DNA of 63,879 nt, filler included, from Rhabdomonas costata (GCA_019059605.1; 29 parts of 29 records of this genome joined end to end with filler, not necessarily neighbours in it), one strand, 5' to 3'. Positions 51,063 through 63,879 are shown, counted from the first letter of the whole stretch. Translations and numbers: made by a program. The notes: a model not told the origin generated them from the sequence alone.

Positions 51063-51613
51063 AACTATGTGTTCCTGTGAAAACGTTATGGACGGGCAGA
51101 TGTTTTTCCAATGCACTGCTTAGCTTTGTTGGGAAAGGAAACTCGGCAGAGAGGGTGTTCGCCACACAGCTGGCAAGAGAAAACTCTGTCGAGCTGTGTG
51201 GTTACCGCAAGACCGGAAAAGGACGCAGAAACAGCAGTTCTCTCTTCTTTTGATCGTGCACATTTGGTCGTGTACAGTTGTGGCTCTGGGCAAGCGCAGC
51301 AGACACCTCCCATCCTGGAAATGTTTTCATCGTATTCCCTGCTTTTGTGCCCCCAGGCTGTCGGACTCTGTAACCTCAGCTATCCTCCTTTCTGCTCTGC
51401 CACAGGCTACGATTTCTCACTGGTCCCCACATTGCGTGTGTATGGGCTGCTCTTTGGGCTGTTGCGTCACCCTCCCCCCTCCACTTTCCATTCCCATTGT
51501 CATTGCGATGACATCCTGCTTGCCCACGATCAAGGCAAGGCGCCCTGGAACGGTCTGCACCGGAGCACTTCTCTTTCAGCCGCTCCCCGCTGCTGGAGGT
51601 GTGACCGGCCCAG

Positions 51614-51940
51614 TTGCTTTTGCACCACAACGCCGACATCAGCCTGGCGAAGAAAGGTGGGGCCACACCCCTTTGGTTTACGTGTGAGAAAGGCCACCGC
51701 TGGATGGTGGAGCTACTTCTGCACCACAAGGCCGACATCAACATGGCGAAGAGAAGTGTGGCCACTCCACTAATCGTCGCAGCATACAATGGTCATGGTG
51801 AGGTCGTGAAGCTGCTTTCAGAGGGTGGTGCGGACTTGATGGCTAAGTGGAATGGGGCGGACGCTATGGATTGTTCAGGGCGGCAGGGACACGGCGTCGT
51901 GGTGCAGCTGCTGCCGAAGAGTCTGCCAAGTCAGAAGTGA
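51614..51940 (+). CDS. Ankyrin-repeat protein, terminal exon (or relic)
   Basis: LLHHNADISLAKKGGATPLW...GHRWMVELLLHHKADINMA...TPLIVAAYNGHGEVVKLL. Starts near cccag at about 51613. Confidence 0.85.
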   Translation: MLLHHNADISLAKKGGATPLWFTCEKGHRWMVELLLHHKADINMAKRSVATPLIVAAYNGHGEVVKLLSEGGADLMAKWNGADAMDCSGRQGHGVVVQLLPKSLPSQK

Positions 51941-52299
51941 TGAACGGTGGCAGTACGGTGGGGTTATTACTGTGCCCCGCAGCCGGTGGAGGCAGCGACA
52001 AACAGCTTTGCTGAGCAACATGCAGACCTTTAAAACTCGAAACAGCGTTTTGTGCTTATCTGTGCGATTTGGTTACACGTTTTTGTACAGGAACGTGTTT
52101 TTTCCCAAGCGGTGCTTTGCATCCATGGAAAGGGAATTCGATCCTTGTAAGTTGCAGGGGATCCGATCATAGTCTGTTATTCTTCGCTGTGCGGTTGCCT
52201 GTGTTTTGAATAGACATATGGGCGAGGAATTTGAGGGGTTACATGAAGTCACTTTATTCTCTTTTCGGGAACTTAGTTTTCGGAGTTCCAGTGCACCGA

Positions 52300-52800
52300 C
52301 CGGATACCTGAAATATGCCCTTGCCGCGCATGACCCCGTCCCACGGGCCGTTTTTTCTGCTCCCTGCTCAGTGACCTTTCAACAGTACTTTTCGCTTCTC
52401 CGACAGAACATTGCTTTAATAGATACGACTCTGTCAAAAAGCAGCATTCAGAGTTCCCTCGTGTCGCGCACTGTTTCGATGGTTTCGATGGCACTGTTCT
52501 GGTGCCCTTGTGGATTTTGTATGCGGCGGAGAGGGGGACGGGCTACGGAAAAAAGCGAAGCATGGCTTCCAGAAGTTTGGAAGCTGCAGGCTGTGACCAA
52601 TGTTGCGTTGCGGTTGTACGCCATAATCCAGACCATTCATATCCAATGTCGAAACCGACAGTGTGCAAGAAGACCTGAAGAATGTCACAGCCATAAGTCT
52701 TAGGTTCACGGTGGAAGGCAACACGAACTTCCCGTTTTACATTTTACCGGTAGAGCTGCTTGCCTTTCGAAAAGCGGCGCTTGTACATCGAGGTCAATGG
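52300..52800 (+). mobile_element. Decayed Gypsy RNase H region
   Basis: EVWKLQAVTNVAL (ExELLAVxxAL-like), NVETDS (VxTDH-like) and NFPFYI. Confidence 0.35.
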
Positions 52801-53994
52801 TGTTCCGCTGGTCGGCTGCCCCTCCATACCCATTCCCATTTCTGCCCCCTGATGCGTTCCACGAAAATCAGGAATGAACGGGCCAACCAACGGACCCTCG
52901 AACATTTCAATGTTTCTGAGGAAGAAGCAACCATCGTACCCACCGTGGTAATGTGTGGGATGTGCTCTTCTTCTGGATCGCGTTATGCCTTACCGTGGAG
53001 GGGGGTACATTCCAGTGCCTTAGCTTCGAGTGTGGCCTGTGGGGAATTGCATTTGAGACCCAGAAGAAGAGCACACCCCCCNNNNNNNNNNNNNNNNNNN
53101 NNNNNNNNNNNNNNNNNNNNNNNNNTTAATTAATTAANNNNNNNNNNNNNNNNNNNNNNNNNNNNNNNNNNNNNNNNNNNNTTTTGGTTTGATAATTTTC
53201 CCATTGTTAGCAAAGAAAGGAGTATAATGGAAACTTAAAACATAAGGAATGCAAATTCCAATCGTAGCTCGGGTTGGAAAAGTAGGGTTCCTTATGTTTT
53301 AAGTTTCCATTATACTCCTTTCTTTGCTAACAATGGGAAAATTATCAAAGCAAAACGAGCGACGGTCGTACTGCTTCAAGCACGTCGTGCACGCAGTACG
53401 AGGTCCCAGAGGCAATTTGGTCCAAGGTTTCTGCCTTCCTATGCTGGAACAGAGTGGGCGTTCGGTCGACCTAGGACCTGGGAGTTATGGCCTGCAAATT
53501 TGGAAGAAAAGTGGAAGTGGCACAACCAAACGTAACGTCACTCCACCTCCAGCAACCTCTGTCCTCTCCGAACCCCTGAAGGAGGAGGAGGAAAGAGAGT
53601 AGAGGGAAGGAAAATTTCATTGCGTTGCGCTGCAATTCGCAGCCCAAGATTGGTGCCCCAGACGAAAGATTTGGCTGGTTTTTCAGGTGCACGCTCGGTG
53701 CCCCGTCAGGGTTGCCGGTGGGCGGGGGTGGGGACGTGTCAGGTATTCTTATGCCGTGGAACGTGGAAGTGAAAACGGGGAAAGTGGCTTCGGGGTCAGA
53801 ATTGTGCGGAGTTACCGACGAGTACTTTGACTGCTATGAGAAAAAGGTGGAACCGCTTGGTCGTGCTCTCAGCGTTCCCAAGGTATCCAATATGGGGAAT
53901 GATTGGAGTGGATGTTCAAAAGCGTGCGGTTCTTCCTTGGTGGGGATTACTGCTGACCTTTTCTGTCCTTGTTGCTGCCACAACCGAAATGCAG

Positions 53995-54858
53995 AGCTCA
54001 ACCGCAGGGTGATCTCGCTGAAGCTGGCGCAGATGGGCATCACCACGGTGCGCTCGGCCAGCAGCGGGGCGGAGGCCCTTCGAGAGGCCCGCTCTGCCGC
54101 TACTCCGTTCGACCTGATCCTCACCGATGTACGGCACCCTCCCTTCCTTCATCTCCTCCACCACCTCCCCTCTCCACCACCTCTGGCAGCCTCTGTGGTT
54201 GGCTTTCGCCCATTTACGCGCAGTACACCCAACCCCCGAGGGTACCCCTTTCACGTCCTTTTTGTCGCATGCCGAATGGATTCTGTCGCGGCGCCAGCCC
54301 TCCGTCTGTGCCCCCACCCACTGTGCGAAGTGAGGTGTTGTATTGGCTGTATTTTGATTTTTTTCTATGATATCGCGCTGGGGAAGGGATGTGCAGTGTC
54401 CGTTTTTCTTTTTACATTTGTAAGAAAATCGTAATAAACAGCGTGGTCTGCGGGTCCAGTGCCTCTTCTGCCCCAAAGCCCGCTTAAATTCAAGCCGATC
54501 GGTTGCAAGGCGCTTGATGTACCTTGCTACCCAGCTAAGTCCGTGTGCCCAACACTTATAGGTCATGGTGCCGGAGGTTGACGGGTGCGAGCTGACGCGG
54601 CGGCTCAAGGTGGACTCCCGGTACTGTGGGGTGCCTGTGGTCGGGATCACGGGGAACCGCGACACGGAGTTTGCGCGCATGTGCATGGAGGCCGGGATGG
54701 TGGCCGTGCTGGGGAAGCCCATCGACACGGAGGCGCTGTTCCAGCTTTTGCGCAGCCTGCTTTCGGAGAAGGCTCGGGCGGAGTGGAGGGCCGGCAGCTC
54801 GGCATCGCCGTCGGCATCCTCATCTTCAGGCCTGAACGAGCCCCAGCTTTGTGAATAA
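53995..54858 (+). CDS. Response-regulator receiver domain, probably the C-terminus of a hybrid histidine kinase (exons 53995-54128, 54562-54858)
   Basis: ELNRRVI...ASSGAEAL...FDLILTD|VMVPEVDGCELTRRL...PVVGITG...CMEAGM...LGKP. The phospho-acceptor Asp and the KP motif are intact. Confidence 0.93.
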
Positions 54859-55399
54859 AGCAGCCAAGGAAGAGATTTGCGTGCTGGAAAGAAGGAGGGC
54901 TGTCCTTCATCGGATGTGCCATTTGTGTCCACCGCTTGCCACCGCTCTCTGAGCACAGCCGCAGTGTTTATAAGTTTTGGTATTCGAATGATACTTCCAT
55001 GAGCCAGCTGATTTTGTGTCATGCATCACCTTCTTGAGCGTGATCAGTTCCAAAATCGGCCACACCGGGCCACTTCCCTTTTGTCCGCCGTAAACTTTGT
55101 CATGACTCCGCAAGATTTTACCAGCAATTCAACTGGACACCCCTCCTTCATCAAACTTCTTTCGAACCCCAAAGAACGTGCATCGCCACCCGACTTCAAC
55201 GCGCTAAGAATTCCGTTATAGACGGAGACCGCTGGCATTGGGCGCCGTTGGCGCAGGGTACCCTGTCTCCCACCCTCTGTACCCTGTCCCACACCNNNNN
55301 NNNNNNNNNNNNNNNNNNNNNNNNNNNNNNNNNNNNNNNTTAATTAATTAANNNNNNNNNNNNNNNNNNNNNNNNNNNNNNNNNNNNNNNNNNNNAGCG

Positions 55400-56250
55400 C
55401 CCACCTTGTGCAAGCAAGGTCGGGATACAGTCCATCTCGAGTGGGATCCAGAGGCACGACCACCCAAAGAGGTAGGAGCCACGTAAGAGTTCCCGCAGCA
55501 TAGTTGGAGTGTGACAAAAGGGCGGCGGTTTGAAGTAGTCCGTCCCATGCGGAGCGGTTCCCATGAGACGGGTTCCCGTGGGGCGGGCATATCAGGACAA
55601 ACGGCGTCAAGGTTTACGCGGTCAAAGTGCCTTTTTGAGAAGTTCGTTTTCCACTGTATGGGCGGGGAAGGCGGGTCGGGCGGTGGACGCCGGGAAGAAT
55701 CACGCGGAGAAGGGGGTCATGCGAACAAACGGAACAAGGAGGTTGCGAAACAGCGAGCTATGAAGCAGCCCAGTCAAGTGTCTTGCGTCGTAAACGTTGT
55801 GGCAAATTATCGAAGGAAGCGTTCCTGCTGAAACGCTTTTTTCCGCCCAAAGTACTTGCCCCCACTTGCTATTCTTATGTTGGGAAAAGGCACTGTGCAC
55901 GCTCGTTGGGGATCGTTGGACACCAAGTAATTCAGGTCCACGTTGTGGTCGAAACCTCTGTAGGATTTTCTTCAGGGAACTTGGTTCTAAGTGGAAGGGA
56001 GTTCCCTCAGGAAGACTCGTTTCCTTTCCGGAAATTCCTGGACTACTTGTAGAAGGAGGCGTTAGCACGTTTGAAACAAAGCCAGTTGCAAAAGAAAAGG
56101 GGACAATTGTAGCAGTGACCTTGGTATATGGCGAGGAGCGGAAGAGACGATGCACACAAGCAGACCACAGCAGTGCACAGCCCATGCACTCCCGTGCGGC
56201 AACAGGCACATGGTTGTGTTCCTGTGCATGTGCGGGGTTTTGAGGCATGG
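55400..56250 (+). mobile_element. Decayed Ty3/Gypsy pol (RT thumb + RNase H)
   Basis: SKCLFEKFVFHCMG (KCxF...LG-like), PSQVSCVVNVVANYRR (VRxFLGxxNYYR-like) and KEKGTIVAV...TQADHSS (EKE...TDH-like). Confidence 0.55.
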
Positions 56251-59200
56251 ATTGTGGGGTTGACTTGCATGGCTTTGGAGCAGTGGCGCTGATGGACGGT
56301 GTCTCAGTGTGCCAGATCATGTTTCAGGGGGTGGGTCGCTGCTTCTGGAGAGAAGGCGCTCCTTCCAGCGCCACGAGCTCACGCGGTAACCCGCCATGGG
56401 ACGGGCCCCTCCCCACTCGAACACACCCAAGGCCTGTGTGGGGAAGAGGGGTGTCGAGGCTGTGGGTTGGAGCACGTGTGGTGAACAGTCCTGCAGTGGT
56501 ACAATCACCATGAAGGAAGACAAGGGGTGGGGAGGGTGACAGCAACGGAGCAAAAGAAAGACACCGGTACAGCAGTGGGGCACTAAAAAAGAAAGCACAG
56601 AACGGCAACGAGGGCGGGCGTCAGTCCCCGCCATCAAAAGGAAACGAGCCACGAGCACAAGGGCCACGAGGGCGGGGCCAGCCGCCTCATTCGGGACATC
56701 CGCGCTCCAAATCCTTCTCCGGCTTGCTTGGTCATCTTGAGCCTACCGTGCGCGAGCGGGTGTGTGGGACGCGAGCCGAGTTGTGACAGCGGCTGCAACA
56801 GGTGCAAATGGAGCCCTGTGCAATGGGCACTGAGTTTTTGCTGCTTTGCGGCACCTTAAACACACAAATGAGGGAGGAGGGCATTCAACCGTCAACCAAA
56901 TAAGCAAAGCGTGAACAGGGTAGGGGGGGACACCGGACTGTGGCTGGAACAGGTGGTGCGAGGTGCCATAGTTACCTCCGTGGCTGTTTGAGGCGTACTG
57001 GAGGAACGGGCTGAACAAAAAACGTGCCATAACAGCCCTGCCTAACTCCTCAACCTCAAGCACGGAGCAAAAATGAAAGGCTCTATGAAAGTTCTACCCT
57101 TTCTCCCCTTAACCCAACACTGCAAAACTGTGCATATGCGAAAGCGTCGGGGTTCTGCCATCCTGCGATCCGGCGTTCTCTGTGAAAACATTCTAGTATG
57201 GGGGGAAGCCTACGCCTACAACTTCGTTTAAAAAAAGTTTCCAGAGGAAATCAACCTTTTTTCCCACATTCCGTAGCCTTGGAACCTAAATAGCATTCAG
57301 AAATCAAACAAGCAATCAAAATATTTTACCACCCCACCCCGTATTTCAAGCTCCCAACTTCTCAAAAGAGGTTATGGCGCACTTGACAGGCCGCTGATCC
57401 CGGCTGGGCATGGTAGACGCCGCGTTGGCGCGGCGGAACTGATGCTGGGACCCCGCGGCTCCTCCGCTACTCGCCCCACCGCGGCCGCCGCCGCCTCCAC
57501 CAACCCACANNNNNNNNNNNNNNNNNNNNNNNNNNNNNNNNNNNNNNNNNNNNTTAATTAATTAANNNNNNNNNNNNNNNNNNNNNNNNNNNNNNNNNNN
57601 NNNNNNNNNTCACCCCTCTCCCTCTGCTGGTGCCTCGGGTCTCCGCGGCTCTCGCTTGCGGTTTCTCTGTGGTTCTGCTGCACCTCCTCTGCAAAAACAC
57701 AATGAAAGGCAAAACGCAACACAAATTCAAACAAAAAGCGACCTTTTAGGTTTAATTCAGCATTAAAGGACTCACGCAATTTACAAAAACCTAATCAAGG
57801 ACCTCTATCTCTGTAATTCTCGTAGTTCTTAGCGTTCAGGGGCACCAGGGTAGTCAGGACGAACTCTTGAAATCTGCCTGACCTGTAGAAAATCGGAGGA
57901 AAGGTGTGAATGCAATTTTCTTCCTCCGGAACCCTGAAACACACCCTGTGGATTTCCAATGCGGTCTGGTGGTGTGTTGTCTACCTCCTTCCACGTGACT
58001 TCCCTCCCTTGGCCTGGCTCTCTGCCTCGCCCGGGGTCTTCCCCACTGTCTCTCTGCTGGCCTTCCATCTCTCACCTGGCCATGCTCTGCTCGCCTTCTC
58101 GCCCAGCTGGTTAATATATAGCCTGACCCATGGCCTGGCCAGGAGCTGGCTCACGAGGGGCTGAGCTTCGACTTCTGTCTCAGCTTACCATTGACAAAAG
58201 GGCACTCTGGAAACCTCTGGAAAATGTTTGTGTCCCACGCATGTGACTTTTCTCCTTTGTCTCTGGATGTGGAACACCTGAGTTATCTGGACCGTTACAA
58301 AAGGTTTATTGGGTCTTTGGGTGAATCGAGATTATGTATGTATCTGGGCAGACCCAACAACCACTCTTCTTCGTCATACAAGAGTTCGAGGAAATCGTCA
58401 ACTAATTTGCTAATTTGCGATACTTTTCAAGCTCCAGCAGTCAAAACACACACCATGGAGAAATAAATTTACGAGCAGATCAGGTAGAGATTGCAGGTAC
58501 AAGGAGCGCCGAGACAACATAGACAGCGACAGACATCAAAGTGGAGAGCTCATGAAAATTGGTAAAGCAGGTCATTGCCACACTTCTCGCGCGACTCCCG
58601 CTGTAGAGCCTGTTTTTGCTGCGCTGTGGAATACCATTGGGCTTCCACGTGTCACAATAAGTGGGATAATAATGGACCACGTTCTGAGTCCTCCTCTTTG
58701 AGACAGTCGTCAAAAGTGAGCGGGGTCGTTGAGTTGGTGATTCATCGACAGAACCCTGTTTGCGCCGCAACAAAGTGTGCCAGTAGCGTATCTACATTGA
58801 TTGAGGTTTTTTTGTGATATGGACTTTCTAAATCTTGGAATCTGAGTTTATTAACTCCGCAATGCATACAAATGAACAGATAAGCCCACAATTTCAGTGC
58901 ACATTCATGTTCAAGATTGATTAAACAATACAGTTCCATATCCGAAATCCCATATCGAGCAGAGTGACGCCAGAGACAGCTTCAGAGGGCGCCAAAGGTG
59001 TTTTGCCATTGCGCTCAGAGGAAAAGTGAAGTGTCATTCTGGCCGCGGAATAGAAGAGGTTGATGAGGGGTGCAGACGTTCGAGTCAGAGTCCCTTCGAC
59101 AGAAAGCGCACGCATGGGCTCAGTCATGATGTTGAAGTCAGCGGAAGACGGCAGGAGTGATTTCGGACCTGAAATGGCGTTGAATCGGAGCAAGGAAGAG

Positions 59201-59997
59201 CCGGAATCGGTCCAGAGCAGAAGGGAATTGCGCAAAGTGTTATGTGGAGAAAATAAACGGACGCAGAATCAGCGGTCGTCATCAACCGCCCACTTAAAAA
59301 GAAGCGAGAAGTTGAAAACCCCCAGTTGGTGGTGTTTGGATCCGAAGGAGACATCTCCCTGAGGGTCATAGGGGGACACTCGCCTAAGATTTGGAAGGAA
59401 TCACCCGAGTCCGAGCATTGCACAGAGTTTTGCAAGTGGAGCGTGGTATTACATTCATAGTCAAATTTGTATGTCAAGTCCAATTTGCTCTGTGACAGTG
59501 GAGCAACCGCTATCAACGAGGCTTCTGTATGCTTTGAATTTTGCGCCATCTTTGCGCGCAAAATGTGATACAATGGGCCTTGACATTGTAGCTACCTACG
59601 CGAATGATTGGCTACACAAAATCGGATATTAAATGTTTCTAAAGACAACGTTGTAGCGTCCCGTGTCGGAGAGCAAATTGGACTTGACATACAAATTTGA
59701 CTATGAATGTAATACCACCCCCCNNNNNNNNNNNNNNNNNNNNNNNNNNNNNNNNNNNNNNNNNNNNTTAATTAATTAANNNNNNNNNNNNNNNNNNNNN
59801 NNNNNNNNNNNNNNNNNNNNNNNGTTTGTGGGTCAGGAAAGCTGCCATCAGCCGACTCTCACAGGGCAGCTTCGTTCTTTCCAGGGAAGAAATCAAAGAA
59901 GCATGTAAAATACGCTTGTTGGGCTGCGTGCAATTGGCGGTTGGCGCGCACGCACACCATGTGGGCAAGCTTGGGGAGGTATCCATTGAGCCCAAAC

Positions 59998-61190
59998 CGA
60001 GCGATGTAGCAGAAGGTGTGGACATCGATGTCGATCTCCGTGTAGTTCGCGGTGTGGTACACCGTGTGCTGCGGGCGGCTTAGCACGGGCTTCCCGTTGT
60101 AGTTCTACACAGTCACGCAAGGGGTGGAGAACACACCCCAAAGATGGGAAGGGAATTCACCCTGAGTGATGGAGTTGGTCAGAGTCCACCTGCCCGCTCC
60201 ATCAATATCAAACCATAACATTGCAGCAGGTCAATTTTTTGGCCTCCTCCGTGGCACCCTGCTGCATTACACACTACTCTGCTTTTACCACCTTCTACAC
60301 CATTCCAAAAAACACTGAGTAATACGAGGGGGAAGCTGACCTCCAAGATCTTCTTCAGCTGGCTGCTGAACTGCAGGTTGGGGTCGGTCATGTTTGCCAC
60401 TTTGGTGATGAACTTGAAGCGCTCATAGATCTGCGTCGGATCGGGCTGCTGGAACGCCGTCAGCCACCGGTAGAACAGCTCCAAGGGGCCTAACGGGAGG
60501 TGGGCAGTGGGGGATTGAAACCATTCTTCTTTCTGAGATCTTCCTTCCTTCAGACCTTACAGACTTGTCTCCGTCCATATATCGCTTTGGACATGTATAT
60601 TTCACCCACCCAGGAAATCACGAAATGGTCCATACTCATGATTGCAAGGTTTTCCAACACCCGTCCACACATGCCCCTTGGGGTCAAAGCATCTGGAAAG
60701 ATTTGTTGCGACCCCCACTTTGTGTACGTAGCTAACCAGATTGGTGGTTAAATCCGAGAGGAGAGGAGTTTTTTTTACTCCACATACCCTGTCTGAAGGT
60801 AAAAAAAAGTGCTCGCGTTTTTTCACAAAACCAAAACCCTTGCACCACATCGGGGCTGAAATCCCGGTGTCCACAGCGATATCTTCGTCTCATTTCCGTC
60901 CCACCAGTAACTCACCGCACCTGCTTTCCGTTGGTTCCCAAAACAACACAAACAAAATCACAATTCTCCTCTCTCGTGAAGGAGGAAGAGGAGGCGGCGG
61001 CAGCGGGGGGAGGTGGAGCGGATCGGGTTTTGCCTGAGTTTGCCGCCGACATCTCCTTCAAGGTGGCTGGGGGAATGGCGAATCCGGCGACAATGCTGTA
61101 GCCCGGGCCGTCCGTCACCTTCGCGCCCCACAGCGGGTTGGGCGGGGCGTACGAGGGTAGCATGAAGTGCACGAGCACCAGGTGCCCAAC
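59998..61190 (-). CDS. EDR2 C-terminal (DUF1336)-like domain protein (exons 61190-61034, 60489-60341, 60104-59998)
   Basis: DGPGYSIV...[11 protein letters not shown]...[13 protein letters not shown]...[17 protein letters not shown]. Confidence 0.85.
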
Positions 61191-62949
61191 CTGCCGCACA
61201 CGCACCCCCCCCCCCACCTCGCAAAGAACGTACTGCTACAAAAATGTGGGGTGCTTCCACATGCACTCTTCTGTTCTACTGTGGGGGCCTCCGCACCACT
61301 CACCACTCCACCAATCGTCAGGTGTCACCCAGAAAGTGTGTATGTGTGGGGTGGTAGTGCATTGAACCACTTACTTAGGCTCAGATATTCGTCCTATTCG
61401 TCGGCATTATTCCCACCTTGACCCCGGATATCGCTGGGCCGGACCGGATTGGCTGGACCTGTGGACCGGCCATGGTGGGGGCATGTACCTGGTCCTGAGC
61501 TCAGTGTGGTGGGAGCTTCCCAGTCACTTTCTGATTCATCCCCAAGGGTGGCTGCTTGAAGGGCCCCTTTTGGAGCTTGTTAATCGCGGGTGATGTTCAA
61601 GAGATCTTCTAGTGGCCTGTATGGAACTATGCCAATGGAACGGTGTGCTCTATGTTGCTTTCACCGATTCAGGCGCACTGAGTGGTGCAAATCACAGAGC
61701 ACGCCGCACATCTTATTGTATTACCCCCTTCTTTCCCGTTTTCCCCTCCTCCTCCTCCTCCTCTTTTAATTTCGCGCACAAACATTCTCAAACATATACA
61801 AGCTTATAACACTGTCCACCTCACCCAAACCAAAAGTCTGTCCAACCGCGCCATCTACCATCTGGGTAAGGCCACTTAACTCGGCTCAAATCTTTATACC
61901 ATTCGCTGGGTGGCTTCCCAGAGCTGACACCACAACNNNNNNNNNNNNNNNNNNNNNNNNNNNNNNNNNNNNNNNNNNNNTTAATTAATTAANNNNNNNN
62001 NNNNNNNNNNNNNNNNNNNNNNNNNNNNNNNNNNNNCGTTTGCCGGTCTATGGGCGTTTGCCGCATCCTCTTCTATGTGACAAGGTGCTTCCAAACAATC
62101 CTGTGGACCGGGCAGGCCTTTTCTAGCCATCCGTGTTTGATTTTGCAGCTTCTACAAAACGCGCTCGCCGAGCTGTCCATTGGCAATGGCCTATTTGATC
62201 CATTCCAAACCTGTGCCGTCTCAGAGTGTGTGCGGTTTAGGTCGGCACGTCTCCCGAGGAGGCGGGTCGGTATTAATGGGTACTAAGTGCGACTTCTTCG
62301 CCTTCACGGTTAAGGAAAACGCAGATCCGTACCGCTTAACTCCGCCCATGCGGCACTGCTTTAGCACGATTCAACTCATACCGCAAGGTGGCCAAAGGGT
62401 GTTCAACAGCCGCCTCTTTGGGGGAAAGCCCTTCGGACCTTACCCAACCAGGGGATCGGCCCCTGTTTTGCGACCCGGCTCTTTTTGATCCAAATGCAGC
62501 CGCTTTTCACTATGACAAACATTTGTGTTTTTCACATTGGCCGCGGATGTTGCCGGCCAAGCTGTCCATTAACGTTTCATAAAACTCCATACCAAAGGCG
62601 GCTCATTAACATTAGCTTCCTTGCCCGCCGGTTGGTGGCGCCCCGTGTTATGCCGCAACGTTTGGGCATCAGCTGCGAGAATGCCTGGGGTTATGTGGGC
62701 CGCCAGCGTCGCGGCGGTCAGTTTTCGGGGGCGCCGTGGTTGCCCGACACACCGAGGGCACCGCGCACGCAAGTGCTGCCCTTAGGGTGGTTTTGAGCCC
62801 CGGCTTGAGGCTGAGCGCACGGGGACCAATTGGGAGGGATGTCCGGGTGAACACTTGCGAAGTTCTTCTGCGGGGACAATGCGTTGTTGAACTTCCTCTT
62901 TTGATTTCTTGTGTGATCCATTTCTATCGATCACGTAGAGTGTGAAGAT

Positions 62950-63879
62950 GGACGCAGGGTGATGGCTCCCTGAGTTAAGTGGTGGGTAGTCCCATTTACA
63001 CTCGCTCGGTGCCTTCGCTGCTGTTCATGTTCCTCCTAAAATTGTTGGTTGTTCACACTTGCTACGCCACATCAGTGGCTCTGTGGTTAAAAACATGGTC
63101 TACAGTGCCTTTCATCACTTCATCACCAGAATTGTTGGACATTTAGTAAGGATTCAGGTGGTGTTTTCTCTGTGGTCTCATCCACCTTTTTATAGTGTTG
63201 TCCACAGTTTCATTTGTCTTCTGTTTAATTGATGACAGTCACACAACTGTGGTGCTTGGACCACAGCATCAACTAAATAGTACATGATATACGCAACATA
63301 AACGTTTGTCGGAGGAGCAATGGGAACTCCGCAAGTCTACGTACTGGCGCACCATTTTCGCATGATGGCAACTTAACACAGCCTTTATGGCTTGGATTTG
63401 GTTGCAGTACTCGGCGTATGTTTCGCAAAACTAATCTTCCATATCCGCATCCATTGCAGAGCTTGTCCGGTGAATGTGTCCTCTAAAGTCAGCGGAAAGT
63501 GCACACACTGCAAGCCTATGCCTTTTCAGTGGTAGATCACATAAGAAACTGGTTGGTTCTTCTCTGACGATCCAGGTTGCTGCTGGTATAGATAGCTTTT
63601 ATATGAACTTCTGTCAGTTTTTCCAATATGCGATGCAGAAGGCTCTGTAATCCGACAACTAATCCACACGCTTTGTTTCAATAGGTTGAGACAAAGCTGA
63701 ACATTATTCTAGTTAACGCGCTACATTCCCAATAACGCGCCAGTAAAGGTGGTGAGGGACGCTCTCTACTTTCTGGTCGGAGGTGGCCGTACTCATCTAC
63801 AGCTGACTAAATTTGGACACTACGTCCTTGGTTTCGTCACATTTGTACGCAACATGGAGTCAATGTGCATCAGTGGCCT
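62950..63879 (-). mobile_element. Decayed Ty3/Gypsy pol (RNase H, integrase zinc finger, core)
   Basis: RILEKLTEVHIKAIY (RWxxxLxEFDxxIxY-like), ETYAEYCNQIQAIK (YVxxCxxCQxxK-like) and PQSH*CGV...N, in order. Confidence 0.55.

Noticed and set aside
53188-53349. 62-bp perfect inverted repeat (pre-miRNA- or MITE-like)
   Set aside because: Contig-terminal and perfect, so most likely a fold-back. A young MITE is not fully excluded.
53916-55022. Long minus-strand ORF of 368 aa (likewise 44899-45975)
   Set aside because: Shadow ORFs antisense to the receiver-domain exons or the integrase relic, with no recognisable protein features.
58480-59570. IS630/Tc1-like transposase relic (VHYYPTY, ERNG, DYE strings)
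   Set aside because: The motifs are too short and scattered to support a call.
59443-59718. 49-bp inverted repeat
   Set aside because: It ends at the contig end and diverges into a C-only primer-like tail.

Overview
This is not continuous chromosome. It is 29 unrelated contigs of about 2.1 kb, joined by 28 artificial N-TTAATTAATTAA-N linkers. The G/T-only contig starts and fold-back inverted repeats suggest a whole-genome-amplified (WGA) sample. The DNA is from an intron-rich, flagellated protist, probably a euglenozoan (inferred from IFT81, a euglenozoan-style adenylate cyclase, a response regulator and GC-rich exons in long introns). Gene fragments with phase-consistent junctions include IFT81, SAICAR synthase, IP3 receptor, Kelch-BTB, adenylate cyclase, an M28-like peptidase, ClpB, eRF1, 2-Cys peroxiredoxin, ABHD10-like hydrolase, a fucosyltransferase-like protein, ankyrin proteins, a receiver domain and an EDR2-C domain protein. 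Much non-coding DNA looks like decayed Ty3/Gypsy pol. The most interesting items are: (1) contig 11075-13205, an array of long imperfect G.U-containing hairpins with duplicated modules and no recognisable gene; (2) a 4-nt micro-exon that restores frame in an ankyrin gene, plus other mini-exons and a likely GC-AG intron; (3) an integrase-dUTPase retroelement fossil with TGA at Gly positions; (4) a hydrolase gene nested in or fused to a glycosyltransferase gene. All family assignments come from motif recognition by eye; no searches were run.
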